64,000 nt of DNA from Camelus ferus (lineage: Eukaryota), in the NCBI RefSeq assembly GCF_009834535.1, contig NC_045697.1, positions 63,056,001-63,120,000 of the forward strand. Reading direction: 5' to 3'. The position numbers were made by a program, and so were the translations under genes. Of the stretch, positions 40,236 to 53,328 are shown one piece after another; within the stretch, counting starts at the first letter, position 1, and the number at the start of each line of letters is the position of its first letter. Under the pieces are notes generated by a model that was not told where the DNA came from, made no database searches, and worked only from the letters and a program-made list of their open reading frames with translations.

Positions 40236-41369
40236 TATATATTATACAGAACAAAGCCAAAATGAGGTATTAAGATGTTGAGAAAAAAACTAAAAAAAAA
40301 AAATTTTTTTTGAGAAAGCTGTAACCCTCATTCTGTAATCATTCCATTATATTATTATTTATGTATAATGTGTACTGTATGCTGTCTACACTACATGGTA
40401 TCCCAATGCCATTATGTGGTTTCTCCACAAGCAAAGCAAGCAGAACCCACTAAAGGTGGTTCTTCCAGTTTCCTGGATTACCTTCTGTTTGTTGTACAAT
40501 ATTCTTTCTTCATTTTTTAAAATCTTGGGTGCCTGCTTCCTTCTGGGAATATTTGCTTACAAATCACAAAATGTTCTTCGATCCTGCTTATGCACTTGTT
40601 TAATATTCGCTCTTGGACTTGTAACTGTTAGCTAAGGGAAGTCTGTAGGATGACACATTATTTCTCTTTGTCTCACCTCCCTCTCACACTCTTGTTTTTG
40701 AACCCAGCACTCTGCACATTCTTTGCTAGTGGGTGCTTTTTTTTCTACAGAATTCATATTCCTTGTGACCTGAAGAGTCATTTGAAACTCCTCTTGATTT
40801 CCTGTCAATGGATCTGTCATTGGACTACCAATTTGGAATATTAAGCCACTCCCAGTTATACATTCTTAGGGCAGCAATAACATTAAGAATATTGTTATTT
40901 AATATCATATTGTTGTCACTCTATTTTGTGCATTTAGGCAGAAGGATGTAATTTCAAAATTTGCCTTCAGCATCAGAAATACATGATTCAAATCTCAGCT
41001 TTACCTCTCAGACCCCAAATTTGTTTATTTACCTCATAAGAATAATTATAGTTACCTAACAAAGTCATTAAGAGGATAATATGAAATAACATATGTAATC
41101 GTTAAATACAAAATCACTTCTTCCAGTGATTTGTAACTCAGTTTTAAAAAAGGCCACATAAGGGAAATAAGAAAAAATTATGTTAATATAGCTTCTTAAA
41201 AAATAATTTGTATTTTAAAATTATACAAAAATGGTAACAATATTATATGGATATATCAGATGTTTACAGAGCAAGAGTCTTTGTTTGAAATAAGGACATG
41301 TCTCTGGCAATGACAGAGCCTCTACTTTTATTTGGATTAGTTAATTCCATTATCAGGAACACTGAGCTC

Positions 41370-42062
41370 CCACCAGTCAGAACGGCCATTATTCAAAAGT
41401 CCACAAACAATAAATGCTGGAGAGTCTGTGGAGAAAAGGGAACCCTCCTACGTTGTTGGTGAGAATGTTGTTTGGTGCAGCCATTGTGGAAAACAGTATG
41501 GAGATTCCTCAAAAGACTAAAAATGGACTTACCATATGACCCAGTAATCCCACTCCTGGGCATATATCTGGAGGGAACCTTAATTTAAAAAGACACTTGC
41601 ATCCCAATGTTCATAGCTGCATTATTTACAATAGCTAAGGCATGGAAACAATCTAAATGCCCATAAACAGATGACTGGATAAAGCAGTTGTGGTGTATTT
41701 ATACAATGGAATACTACTTGACCATAAAAAATAATGAAATAATGCCTTTTGCAACAACATGGATGTCCTTGGAGAATGTCATTCTAAGTGAAGTAAACAA
41801 GAAGGAGAAAGAGAAATACTATATGATAACCAGTCATATGTGGAATCTAGATTTGCAGATACTGACTGGAATATATAAAATAGGTAGACAAGTATACACT
41901 GTGTAGCACAGGGAACTATATTTGATATTTTGTAGTAGCTTATGGTGAAAAAGTATATGAAAATGAATATATGTATGTTCATGTATGACTGAAGCATTGT
42001 GCTGTACACCAGAATTGACATATTGTAAACTGACTATACTTCAATAAAAAAATTTTTTTAAA
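41370..42062 (+). mobile_element. 5'-truncated, relatively young L1 (ORF2 C-terminus plus 3'UTR)
   Basis: The [38 protein letters not shown] is the L1 ORF2 end. It has an A tail. The TSD a(g/a)gaac(a/t)ctgagctc lies at 41355-41369 and 42063-42077. Confidence 0.92.
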
Positions 42063-42240
42063 AAGAACTCTGAGCTCTATAAATGTTAGTACAACTATTT
42101 ATTTGTCTTGGAATGAGGTACTTAACCAAGCTAGATTTCAGTTTCTTTATCCTCAAAGAGAAGTACACCTTCCAAGGGTTGAATTCTGTGCAGTAGTCAT
42201 TCACTGAGGCAGAACTCCTTAAATATTCCAAGATGCAAAA

Positions 42241-42271
42241 TCTCCATCTAGTGGCAACTCAAGTCAGTGCA
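42241..42271 (-). promoter_or_regulatory. Candidate CTCF site (reverse orientation) with upstream module
   Basis: The minus strand reads TGCACT-N11-CCACTAGATGGAGA, against core consensus CCASYAGRKGGC (11/12). Confidence 0.45.
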
Positions 42272-44329
42272 TCACACTTGCTACGAAGTACTGCAGCTGG
42301 AATGGAACCCATTTGGCATAAGCATAGGTCCTTCTCTCCCGGGTTCTTTTTTATTAATTAGTCTATCAAATTAACAGTACATGTTTCAGTATAACTTCAG
42401 TACCAGTCAGTCATTCCTTGTAGTGGTCTTTGATGCAGGGCCATAGCCTCACAAGAAGACAATTAAGTAAATTTAATAGCAAAGTTTAAGGTTATTTTTT
42501 AAAGAAAGAAATGGACTGAATTTATTATGTCCCCTTTATTATAATATGTTATATAACTCCCTGAAAATAAATAAAATTTTAACTTAAAGCAATTTAGGTA
42601 ACAAAATGTACCTTAATATATTTAATAAAATCTCAGTGTATTTTATGGATCTAGAGTAAATCCATTAATTGTTTTAATATTCGGTTTTTCTACCAATTTA
42701 AAATTTATCTCAACATAATCTGAAATAATTTCAATCTGATACTATATTATATCAGAGGGTTTTATTTACTAAAATGTGTAAAATATCAGCCATGCCCTTT
42801 CCCCCCCTAGATTCCAAAAGCTATATCCTTATTCTAATTCATGAATTACAGAGCCCTTAATTTTAAATAATAAAAGAAAAAGATATGACTTGGTCAGATT
42901 CAGGGCTTACAGAAATAAATATGATAAAAGTAGAAGAAACAAATTTGCTGTCATATTTCTTATTTTATCATATAGCCAATAGACTGTGTTCCCAGATGTG
43001 CTTTTGCTCTCTTTTTCTCTCTCTTGTTTTTTGTAAAATACACTACACTATGTCTGTGGCAATAATCTGTGGGACATTGTTTTTATCTTCCTATCTATGG
43101 GACAGTAATAAATCTACTGTCATTGACTTTAAACTAGAAAAAAATGATACTCAGAATGACATTTTATTAGCAGATGTGTGTGTATGTATCCTACACTTCA
43201 CAGATTGCATACAGGTATTTTTAAAAAATTAGAGGGCCTCATAGAATTCATCTATTCAGCTCTCTAATTTTATGAATTAAGAAACAGTCCAAGAGAAATT
43301 ATATCCATAGATATATTGTAAAACAATGTCATTGATAAATGTGACAATTATATATTGAATTCAAAAACACTTAAAAAAAGACAGGTACAAAAAAAAAAAA
43401 AAAGACTACTTTTAAAAGGAAGATCTTCTCCACCCTCTGCTGGCATATACATGTAACTGCAGGTTATTATAAACTTGGTTATTTACAATTTTAGTTTAAA
43501 AAAAGGAAATCCAGTGATTTTAATATTTAGTAAACAAATAAACCATTATAAATGTCTAAAAGTAGCATGTATTTGAACTGAGGAAATATAAACTGACTTG
43601 TTTGGTTAGTTTACTAGCCTTGGAAAGAATTATATAATGGCATCAATTTATCATTAATGAGAAAAAGTCGTAATACCACATGCTTCCAAATCATGATATA
43701 ACTTAAATTTATTATTCAACTACATAATATGTGGTGGTTTAATGTTTGTGTTGTTGAAATATGAAGACACTAAAAAGATTGTGAAAAGCCAGGAACACAT
43801 AATTTGTGTCTGAACTATCACTGACAATATCCAGATAAATTATCATATGACAAAGGAATAACGAGTTTTTTTTTTAAGATGGAAATAGTTTTCAATAGCA
43901 AAACTAAATAGAATTTGAGCTTTTAGAAAAGTAATTGTCAATTTATAAACATTTGTTTTGGACTGACAGTGACATAAAATACGAGTTTTGTGTTAAAAAT
44001 GTAGGTTCATTAAAAATACAAAGTGTTCATATAAATTTAGGATTCTTAGCACTTCCATAGGTCTTATTTATTTAAATATTTTACGTTAAAATATAAAAGA
44101 TTCGATTATTAAAAAACACTCGGTTTATTTTTGTATCTTGTCATATTTGGTCAAATTATTTTTACAAAAAACGTTTTCCTATGTACTCATTATCTTTCAG
44201 AGGCAGCTACTGTCATTGATTTTTGTGTACCCTTCAGGTTACTTTTAAAACATTTACAACGCCTCTATTCTTCAGCATTATGTAATTTTGATAGGCCATA
44301 TTTTTATACTATATTTGAATTTTTAAAGT

Positions 44330-45668
44330 TTTAATTGTAAAAGTAACACATGAATTCATTTCCATTGTTAAAAGCTCATATTACATACATTAATGTCTCC
44401 ATTGATGCCAACACCCAGTCAAAAGGATTTTTTCAAGGATAATTCCTTTTCACACTTTGAAGTATATCCTTCTAGATTTTTTCCTATGCATGTGCACACG
44501 TGTGATTTTGTAGAGTATTATCTTTAAAATTTCATAATACATTGTAATTTACATAAAAATGTATCTAGCATATCTTTTAGCTATTTACTTTTATTAATAC
44601 CTTAATAAGTTTTTCTGTCAGTTCATATCTTTTACTTTATGTGGTTAGCTCTTATATATTAAATGCTGTAGAATAGATATACCATATTTTATTTTTTAGA
44701 GTCTCCTATTAATTGAAATTTAAATTATTTTTAACTGTTATAAACCATCCTTGAATATCTCTATGTGTGTTTCTTTGTGCAGATGTGTATTATTCTAGGG
44801 TAAATATTGAGAAGTGAAATTATTTAATTTGATATTTTAATACATTATTTTCTACAATAATCCTAACAATTTGGACTCTTTTGTTAAGTGTCTATAAGTA
44901 CCACTACTTTCATCCAAACTTGATATTATTTAGTTTTAAAATTTTATGGGTGAAATATAATATCTGTGGTTTTCTTGATTAATGATGGAGTTGAATATCT
45001 GTTATATGTTGACTAGTGATTTGTGTTTCCTTTTCCATGAAATTCCTGTTTGTGTTCTTTGCTATCTTTTTTCCAGTGTGTTGTCTGTTTCTTATTGGCT
45101 TATAGGAGCTCTTTTTTTTTTTTTTAAATTGAGGTGTAGCTGATGTACAATATTATGTAAGTTTCAGGTGTACAACATAGTGATTCACAACTTTTAAAGA
45201 TTATATTCCATTTGTAGTTATTATAAAATATTGGCTATTTCCTCTGAATTATACATCCTTGTAGCTTATTTACTTTATACATAGTAGTTTGTACCTTTTA
45301 ATACCTTACTTGTATCTTGCCTCTCCCTTCTTCCCTCTCCCCACTGCTAACCACTAGTTTGTTCTCTATATCTCTGAGTCTGTTTCTTTTTTGTTGTATT
45401 CACTAGTTTATTTTATTGTTTTAGATTCTGCATATAAATGATATCACATAGTCCTTTCTATGTTCCCTAATTACTGCTGGGTTTGAATTTCTTTTTATAT
45501 ATTTATTGGTAATTTGTATTTCTTCTGGGATTTGTATAATGATATTCTTTGCTCATTTATTTTTCTATTTGGATTGTCTTTTTTTTATTGATTTATAAGA
45601 ATACTTTATATATTCCAGATATCAATCCTTTGTCTATTTTATACTTTTCAAATTTTTTTCCCATTCCT
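44330..45668 (-). mobile_element. Very old L1 (L1ME-like) with a younger L1 3' end nested at ~45112-45450
   Basis: Degenerate antisense L1 3' sequence, plus a poly-T-led ttgaggtgtagctgatgtacaatattatgtaagtttcaggtgtacaacatagtgattcac. Confidence 0.65.
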
Positions 45669-45669
45669 T

Positions 45670-45924
45670 AGAGAAGTCTACAGTTGGTTGACTGACATGG
45701 GGATACAAAAGATCAGCCAGCTGTCCCAAGGTATCAGTAAGTGCTCCAGATCCCATGGGATTCACTTGAAGCAAGTTCCATTTGCAACACATCCTTGGTT
45801 AGCTTTTCCCCCTGCCCTGTCATGCCTTCTTTCCTCACCTTCTCCCAAGAGTAATTCTTTAATAAATTGCTTGAACAAGAATCTGTTGCTCAGGCTGTGT
45901 TTCTAAGAAAGCTAAACTAGAATA
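45670..45924 (+). mobile_element. LTR16-like ERVL LTR, 3' half
   Basis: Reads ttaataaattgcttgaacaagaatctgttgctcaggctgtgtttctaagaaagc. Confidence 0.6.
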
Positions 45925-46417
45925 TTGTGAGGAAATTTTTTGCAGAATAATATTTTAAGACTAAACCAAATTCTCCGTGTAAGATGTGATTATAAAGAAT
46001 AGTATAATTGTTATTAATATTATTTTTATATAATAAAATAATTATACTTTATTAACAAACATATTTTCAGATGTGTGCTAGCCTCTTTAAAGGTGTATAT
46101 TTGTTGTATTGACATTAGTATTGCTCACCAAATTTATGAAATTCAACTTTTGGGAGTCATGTTGAGGGTCTGAGACTGTCTTTGAATATTCATAATAGTG
46201 TCAGTTATTTGCTTCTTTAAGTTCGGATTATTTTGTTGGAAGTGAAAAAAATACTGAATAATTGAATTTAATATTTACTTAACAAAAATATAAACTGAAC
46301 ATAGGAAGGAGATCAATATGATAAATAATATTTTGGGTCAAAAGCAAGCCATGGTTGAATGAAATAATTTGTAAGAGACAAGTTATTAAATGTTTGTAAT
46401 GTTTGATATTGAGATTT

Positions 46418-46466
46418 TTATATATATACATACATATATATATGTACACATACACACACACACACA
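46418..46466. repeat. Compound (TA)n/(CA)n microsatellite
   Basis: Seen directly. Confidence 0.85.
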
Positions 46467-47829
46467 TGTGTTGTAGTGGTACTTGGCCCCAAGCCCATTG
46501 ACGTTTGGGTACTGTGACCTCTAACCTTCCTTTCTGTCGTATTCAGGACTGACTCTGGAAATGACAGTATTTGTCTACTAGTAGACAGAATTAGAACTTC
46601 CAGCTGAGAGAGCTTTGGAAGGTTATAAGCTAAATTAAAATATACTTAGTTGTGAAATAGTACAAACATGTCTAATATTTCTTGATAATTTATAGTTATT
46701 AAGCATTTATAATGTCCTAGACCCTGTTCTAAGTGCTATTTTGCTTTTACTTGTTTGGTTATCACAAAACCTTTAAGACAGGTGCAACTGTTATCCCTAT
46801 GAAGGCTCAGGGTGTTTAAATAACTTTTTAAGCCACTCTAAAGCCACACAACTCTTATGTGTAGTGCTGAATTCAAATCCAGATATTTTTGCATGAGAAT
46901 CTACTTTCTTAACAATAATGCATTCATTGTGTATAAATACCAGAACATAAACTATAACGTTCTTTGAATATAAACGTAGTCTTCTTATTTACTTAAGGCT
47001 GAGTCACATGTAGATACAACTTTTAGACTTCTTTATTCTTTCACTACTAACTTCTGTCTGATCTCTGGCCAAAATCCATTCTTTCTGTATTTCCCTTCTC
47101 CCACTGTTGTCTCTTCTGGCCACTAAAGAACTAAGATTTTATCTGGCTTGCTCTCAAGATTACATGTCTTTCTAAATATGTATCAAGATTCCTGTCCTTC
47201 TGTTAATTCAGACAAAAAAGACTCATCTGCTTCCCCAAATCCTGCTAGAATAATCCTTTGACATGTATTCTCATTCCCTATTGTAACAGTATCCATTATC
47301 ATGCTAATTTAGCACCACCCACTCTCTTTCTCTTTTTACCTGGAAGATTGATTTGTATAGATCCAATTAGGGACAGTCTGTCTCTGCTTAATACCATTGT
47401 TAGGGTCAAATCAGTTTGATATAAGCAAACATTTCTGATATAAGCAGTTATTGTTTGGATTATGTTCTTGCTTATTTGTTGAAAATAACAGTGCACTCAA
47501 TGTGGCTAAATTATATGCAAATTTAGTAAATTGCTAACTAAATATATCCAGTCAGCTTTATGATTTCTGACTCTTCCTACCTTCTGCTAACAATCTCATC
47601 CTCTTCCCTGTGATCAATCAATAACCCACTTGGTCCTGATCAGTCATCCTTTTAATGTATCTCATATTCTCCTCATTGACCCTCCTGACAGAAGTGGCCC
47701 TTGTCCATGTATGTGAGTGATTTATCTATTAAAAAAGCCTCCATTTATTCCCTATTCATTTAAAAGAAAACAATGAAACATTTTGGAAATACATTTAAAG
47801 ATAAATTACACGAGGTAAAGTTTATTAAT

Positions 47830-48026
47830 AAGACTATGGAATTAATAGATACATACTACTACATATAACATAGGTAACAAGGATTTACTATATAACACAG
47901 GAAACAATATATTCAATACCTTTTAATAACCTATAGTGGAAAATAATCTGAAAAAAAGCTGCATTACATGGCTATACACCTGAAACTAACACAACATTGT
48001 AAATCAACTATACTTCAATAAAAAAA
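47830..48026 (+). mobile_element. L1 3'UTR terminal fragment
   Basis: Ends acacctgaaactaacacaacattgtaaatcaactatacttcaataaaaaaa. Confidence 0.85.
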
Positions 48027-51000
48027 GGAACATTGAGATACAAATTTCATGACCTTTGTAAAACAGAATCTGAACTGGAGTGCTTTTCAGCTAAGCCTGA
48101 CACCTGTCAGGTATGAGCCTCGTTTAAATCTGCATCTAAATTACATAATTAGATGAGACTGACTTGGAAACTTCTTCAATCTATTTATTTAATTTTGGTA
48201 AAAATTGATCAATGTCTTTTGATATGTTTACATGTGATTTATTTTCTGCCATCACTTTCTTAATGAAAATTGTTACCTAGAGAATATTTGGTTTCTGTGA
48301 ATTTTCCTTCTTCCATTTTCACCACGTATCATTGATTTTCTTTTTAATGTGATCATTTAGGCTCTAACATTATTTTTTTTATACCTTTTCTGAAAAAGAA
48401 TAGAGCTGGGACCAGTTTTAATTTATGCAACATTACCGACAAGCAGTTCAAATATTGGTCATTGTTTTTAAATTTCAATAAAAAATGTATATTTTAGGGA
48501 GGTTTATCATAAGGGGTTAGAATACAGATCTAAATTTATATACCCCCTCCCCAGAATTTTTAGGTGATTTTTAAAAAATAGATTGATTGGGGCTGACTTT
48601 GATAAGTGGCTCATTTTCATAATCACTCAGTGTGTTGTACCATGAAGCACCACTTGCTTGAATGCATTTCATTCGAAAAAGAGGACAGTGGAGATTTGCT
48701 CTATACCAGGCATAGTGTAAAGTTTCTTTCTGCTGTTGTTCCTTCCATTCTTAAAATCTGTCAAATAATTATTATCTATGTTCTAGTTTAAGCTACTAGT
48801 AAGTGGCAGAATTTGGATTTGAAACCAAAATAATTTTATACTGATTGCATGTCTGTGTAAGAGGTATTTTTGTTTGTTAGTTTTGTTCTTGCAGTAAAAC
48901 ACCACCAGTTTTGGGAGGCAGAAAAACAAAGGATACTTAGTACTAGGTCAAATGTGAGACATCGGTGACTCTTCATCATCTTTGGTTCATTGTGAAGAAG
49001 TATGAGGGCTATTCAAATTCTAAGAAATACTTGAAAAATAACAAGAAAGAAAAAGATAAAGGGGATTTTGTTTTGTTTCTTTTGCCTGCACAGATATATG
49101 TACCTATTTGTGTATATGGTAATCAGTTTTCAAGATGGTAGCTGTGAAATCCTGCAAGGTTATTTTATGTCTTCGATTTATGCCTTTGAAATTACATCAG
49201 AAAGTGTGATTTTTTCCCCCCAGTATTTCTTCCTTCTTTAATGCGTTTTACTTTTACTCTATAGGTAACATTAATGATCCTTATAACCCCTTTAACTAGA
49301 ATCCATATCTTTTTCAACCATGCCAAATAAGAAATTCGGCTCTAATTTTATTCAGAATAGATCTACCATATAAAGTTGCATTCTATTAAGGGTAATGACA
49401 GTGTTTGCTAAGGTTGTAGAGATGACTGAATAAAGTACTCCCTTGGAGCCTTTTGTTAAATCTTGGTGCTAGAGAGCAAAGGATACTATTTCTTCAGTTG
49501 AGATCAAACTGAGTTTCACACCACTTTTAATAGGGTTAGTCTGCTTCTGTGGAGGTGGTATTACCTACAAGTCAGTGTAACTTTTGTTTATTTAGAAAGC
49601 ATTAGAAGTAAATTTAGAAGACATTCTTCTTACATAAATAATTTTTTTTCCAAATAAAATGTTTATGGTAATAAAGATCCCTGTACAGTGGGCAGGGTCT
49701 AGTTCAACCTGTATATTTTCAGGACCTGTTGTGGTTAAAGTGACTATGACTTCTGAACCAAGAAACATTAGATGATAATTGAGAAAATATGTTTTATCTG
49801 ATTTGGAAATTTATAAAAATATGTGAAAATGTATACAAGATTTGCTAAGGAGTGAAAGGAATTACAATCATAATAAAATTTTAATAAAAATAAAATTAAC
49901 TTGTAATGTATTTGTTTTTAGTGAATAAGTTGAAGTTGATGTGATGATATTGTTATTCAACTTGTTAACATTGTTTTCAAATGTTAGAAATTTTAGATTA
50001 TTGAGTGATTTTCCAGTTTGAAAGGCTTTCAGTTAACTTACGACTCTGAAACTTGTAATTCAGCATACTTAACCTCAAAATTATAGCATTCATTTATGGT
50101 AGTGAGGAAAGATATGTTTACTTATGTTTGAAATATGGATGTATTCAAGTTAAAACTTCATTTGATGGAATCCATTTACTCTATAGGTACTGATTGTGTG
50201 TTAGGCACTGGGGTCTCAAAGCAAAGCAGAAATGGCTTTTGCGATTAAGAAACTTATGGTAAAATAGCAAAGTCAGATAAATAAGTAGATATTTACCATG
50301 TAAGGTAATACTTGAGGATACATAAAGGAGGAGTACTAAATCCAAAATGGAAGAGAGTGGGAAGAGGGTCAGAGATGCCATTCTAGAAGGGACCATGTTG
50401 TAGAAATAGGAATTTTACCACATCAGAGTTACAGGAAAGGTGTTCCATGAACACAGACCCACATCTGCTAATGCCTTGATGGTGAAGGTGAGCAGGAAAT
50501 GACAAATAGTAATCACTGAATTAGAGAATGAAATATGAGAAGGGGAATAATGAATCTGGAGATGTAGATAGCATCCAGTCTTTAAAAGAACATGGGTAAT
50601 TCCAACCTCTAGATATTTTATCTTTCTCTCATTTATTTGTAATAAAGAACTTCATTTAAAAGACTATTAGCAAATAAAATGAATCATAAAAAGGTTTTTA
50701 TCTTTAATAGATTTTATATCTACTCCATGTCATCCCATTTAGTGTGTAAATATTTCTGTATATCCATGATGTTTTTACTTAAAGAAATTAGGACAGATAT
50801 ATATATATAGTAGCTCAAATGTATTATTTATACCCAGTGGAAGTCTGGTTGTTTTTATTAAGTATTCAGGAAGAGATGTTTTTATTGTAATTCTTTTTTC
50901 TGAACTTTTTTCATTAGTTAAACCCTTTGAATACTTGCCTAAGAGATAAGAGATTTATTCACTTTTTATTTTTAAATGCTAATACAAATGCAAGAAATTC

Positions 51001-51430
51001 TAGAAAAGAGGTCAAGAAATATTTCAATATGCATAAATTCTGAATAATAATAAATACCTTGACATTAATGGTAAATATCTTGACATTAATACATTGAAGG
51101 CCATAGGTTCAACACCAGCTGCAAATCATAATGATTGGTAATGCTTTAATTACAGCAAAATTATTCACTGGGCATTGAAATAAATCTTGCATATAAGTGA
51201 AAAATCAGAGCTGAGAATGATGTTAATTAAAGCATTATTAAGAGTGAAATTGTGAAAAAATTGTATTTTTTATATCCATTTCAGAACATCTAAGCTTGTA
51301 GGAAAATGAGATAGTTTTAATTTGTGAAAGATTTCAAGAGCTAAAATGTCTTCGTTTGTATTTTGAGCTTTCTTTAGCCAAAGCCCTACAAGAATACTTA
51401 AATGATTTAGAAGTTGTCTACATGTAGTTT

Positions 51431-51702
51431 TTTTTTTTTTTAATTTTAGATTTTTTAAAACTTTTTTTAATTGAAGTATAGTCAGTTACAATGTGTCAAT
51501 TTTTGGTGTACAGCATAATGTTTGTCATATATATATACATTCATATATTCATTTTCATATTCTTTTTCATTAAAGGTTACTACAAGATACTGAATATAGT
51601 TCCCTGTGCTATACAGAAGAAATTTGGTTTTTATCTTTTTATATATAGTAGTTGGTATCTGCAAATCTCGAACTCCCAGTTTATCCCTTCTGACTCCTTT
51701 TC
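51431..51702 (-). mobile_element. Short L1 3' end
   Basis: Poly-T followed by ttgaagtatagtcagttacaatgtgtcaat. The TSD ACATGTAGTTT lies at 51420-51430 and 51703-51713. Confidence 0.9.
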
Positions 51703-52284
51703 ACATGTAGTTTGATTTAAATTCAAATTTAGTGAGTGCAATTAAAGATCATCTAGTAAAAATCATGTAATGCAAATCTGTTTGATTTTATATGATTTGG
51801 AACAACATATCAAATATTGAAGAATGCATATCTGAAGGAGAAAATATTTTCCATTTTTGTCATATACTTCAAGGACATGAAAGTTTTTCACTTGATCAGC
51901 CTCATAATATATCTGTAAGGATGATAAAATAGAGGGCTTGTCATTTTATGTTGTATGTGTTATTGTTAGTTTTGGTTGCAAAAAACAGTAGAATGAAACA
52001 GTATGATTCAAGCTGACCAAAAGGGTGTGTATACTATAGGTCAGAAATTAAGTAAAATTTAGAAACAAAGCAAAACAAAACAAAATAGGACTCAAATCAT
52101 GTCACATTAGGAGAACCAGTGAGAAATAGCAGTCACCAGAATATAAAGATTGACCATACAACTAGGAATTCCTGAGGTGGAAACATACCTTTGCCTCCAG
52201 CAGCATAAACTCTTGGCTCTTCACCCTACTGAAAACAATATATACCATGCTGATTATAAGCTGACCCTGCGGTTAGGGAAGGCT

Positions 52285-52435
52285 TAGTTTCTCATTCCTG
52301 CTTTACCACTTATTAGCTGAGTGACATAGACAATTTACCTTTCTGCTGTAGAATGTCCATAGTACTATTGTCTACCTCTATAGTTGTAAGCATTAAAAGA
52401 GATAATCTGTTTAAAGTACTTGGTACATCACAGTT
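52285..52435 (+). mobile_element. MIR SINE
   Basis: Reads ccacttattagctgagtgac...attaaaagagataat...aaagtacttggtaca. Confidence 0.65.
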
Positions 52436-53328
52436 AATGGACTATAGCTGCTGCCTTCTCCTCCTCCTTTGTCTTCATCATTAGTACCCTGACATTAATA
52501 TGGTTCATAATTTTTCTGTGCTTCTGTTTCTCACTGTATGTATTCTCACTTGTCTCAGCATTACCAGCTGAATTAGCTTTTGTCTGTCTTTTCTCCAGCT
52601 TATAGCTGTGGTTTCCTTATAACTTTATTGCCTTGTTTATAGCTCTACCTTAGATCCTTTATGATATGGTTTACTTTCCCCTGACAATGGCCTGATTATC
52701 TCTAAACTTCCTAAATCAAACACCAAAGGGAAGAATCTGTCCCAGTGGTTTTTTCTTTGAGTGGAGATTGTTCGGGTCAGGTCATTGCTTAGTCTGGTCT
52801 ATGATTCTGTTAAGCTCAGGTCAGTAACTTGTTGAGTCCCTTGGTACATCTGGTGCTGGCTAACAGAGGCAGTGGTGGGACATTTTACCCAGAGGGCAAT
52901 GATCATGGCTGTCACATACCTACTAAATCTAAATAAAGAAACATAAAACGTTAAGATTAAATAATTTACCAAATTGTAGAGCCAGTGTAAGTAGTAAGAC
53001 TGGGTCTTGAGTAATAATCTCATGTCTCCCAATATAACACTCTTAAATAGACTTTATTCTTGATCATCTTAAAGTTTTTGCACCATTATAAGTTTGTTCT
53101 ATACAAACTATTGGATATTTTGCTACTTAGAAATTCTGTTTATTCCTTAAGTATCAGAATTTTACTATTTATATTTTTTTAGTGTAACAAAATTCTGTCA
53201 TAAATGAAAAACCAGTATTTTGTTTTAAAATGTCTTATTTATCATTGAATTCTATTAACTTTTTCTCTTTGTTTTAACTTTTCTCAGGCTGCTAAGTTGG
53301 CTATCACAGTGCAAGCCTTGGAGTCCCG

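Noticed and set aside
48097..48112. CCTGACA-CC-TGTCAGG mini-palindrome
   Set aside because: A 7-bp stem is expected by chance in 64 kb.
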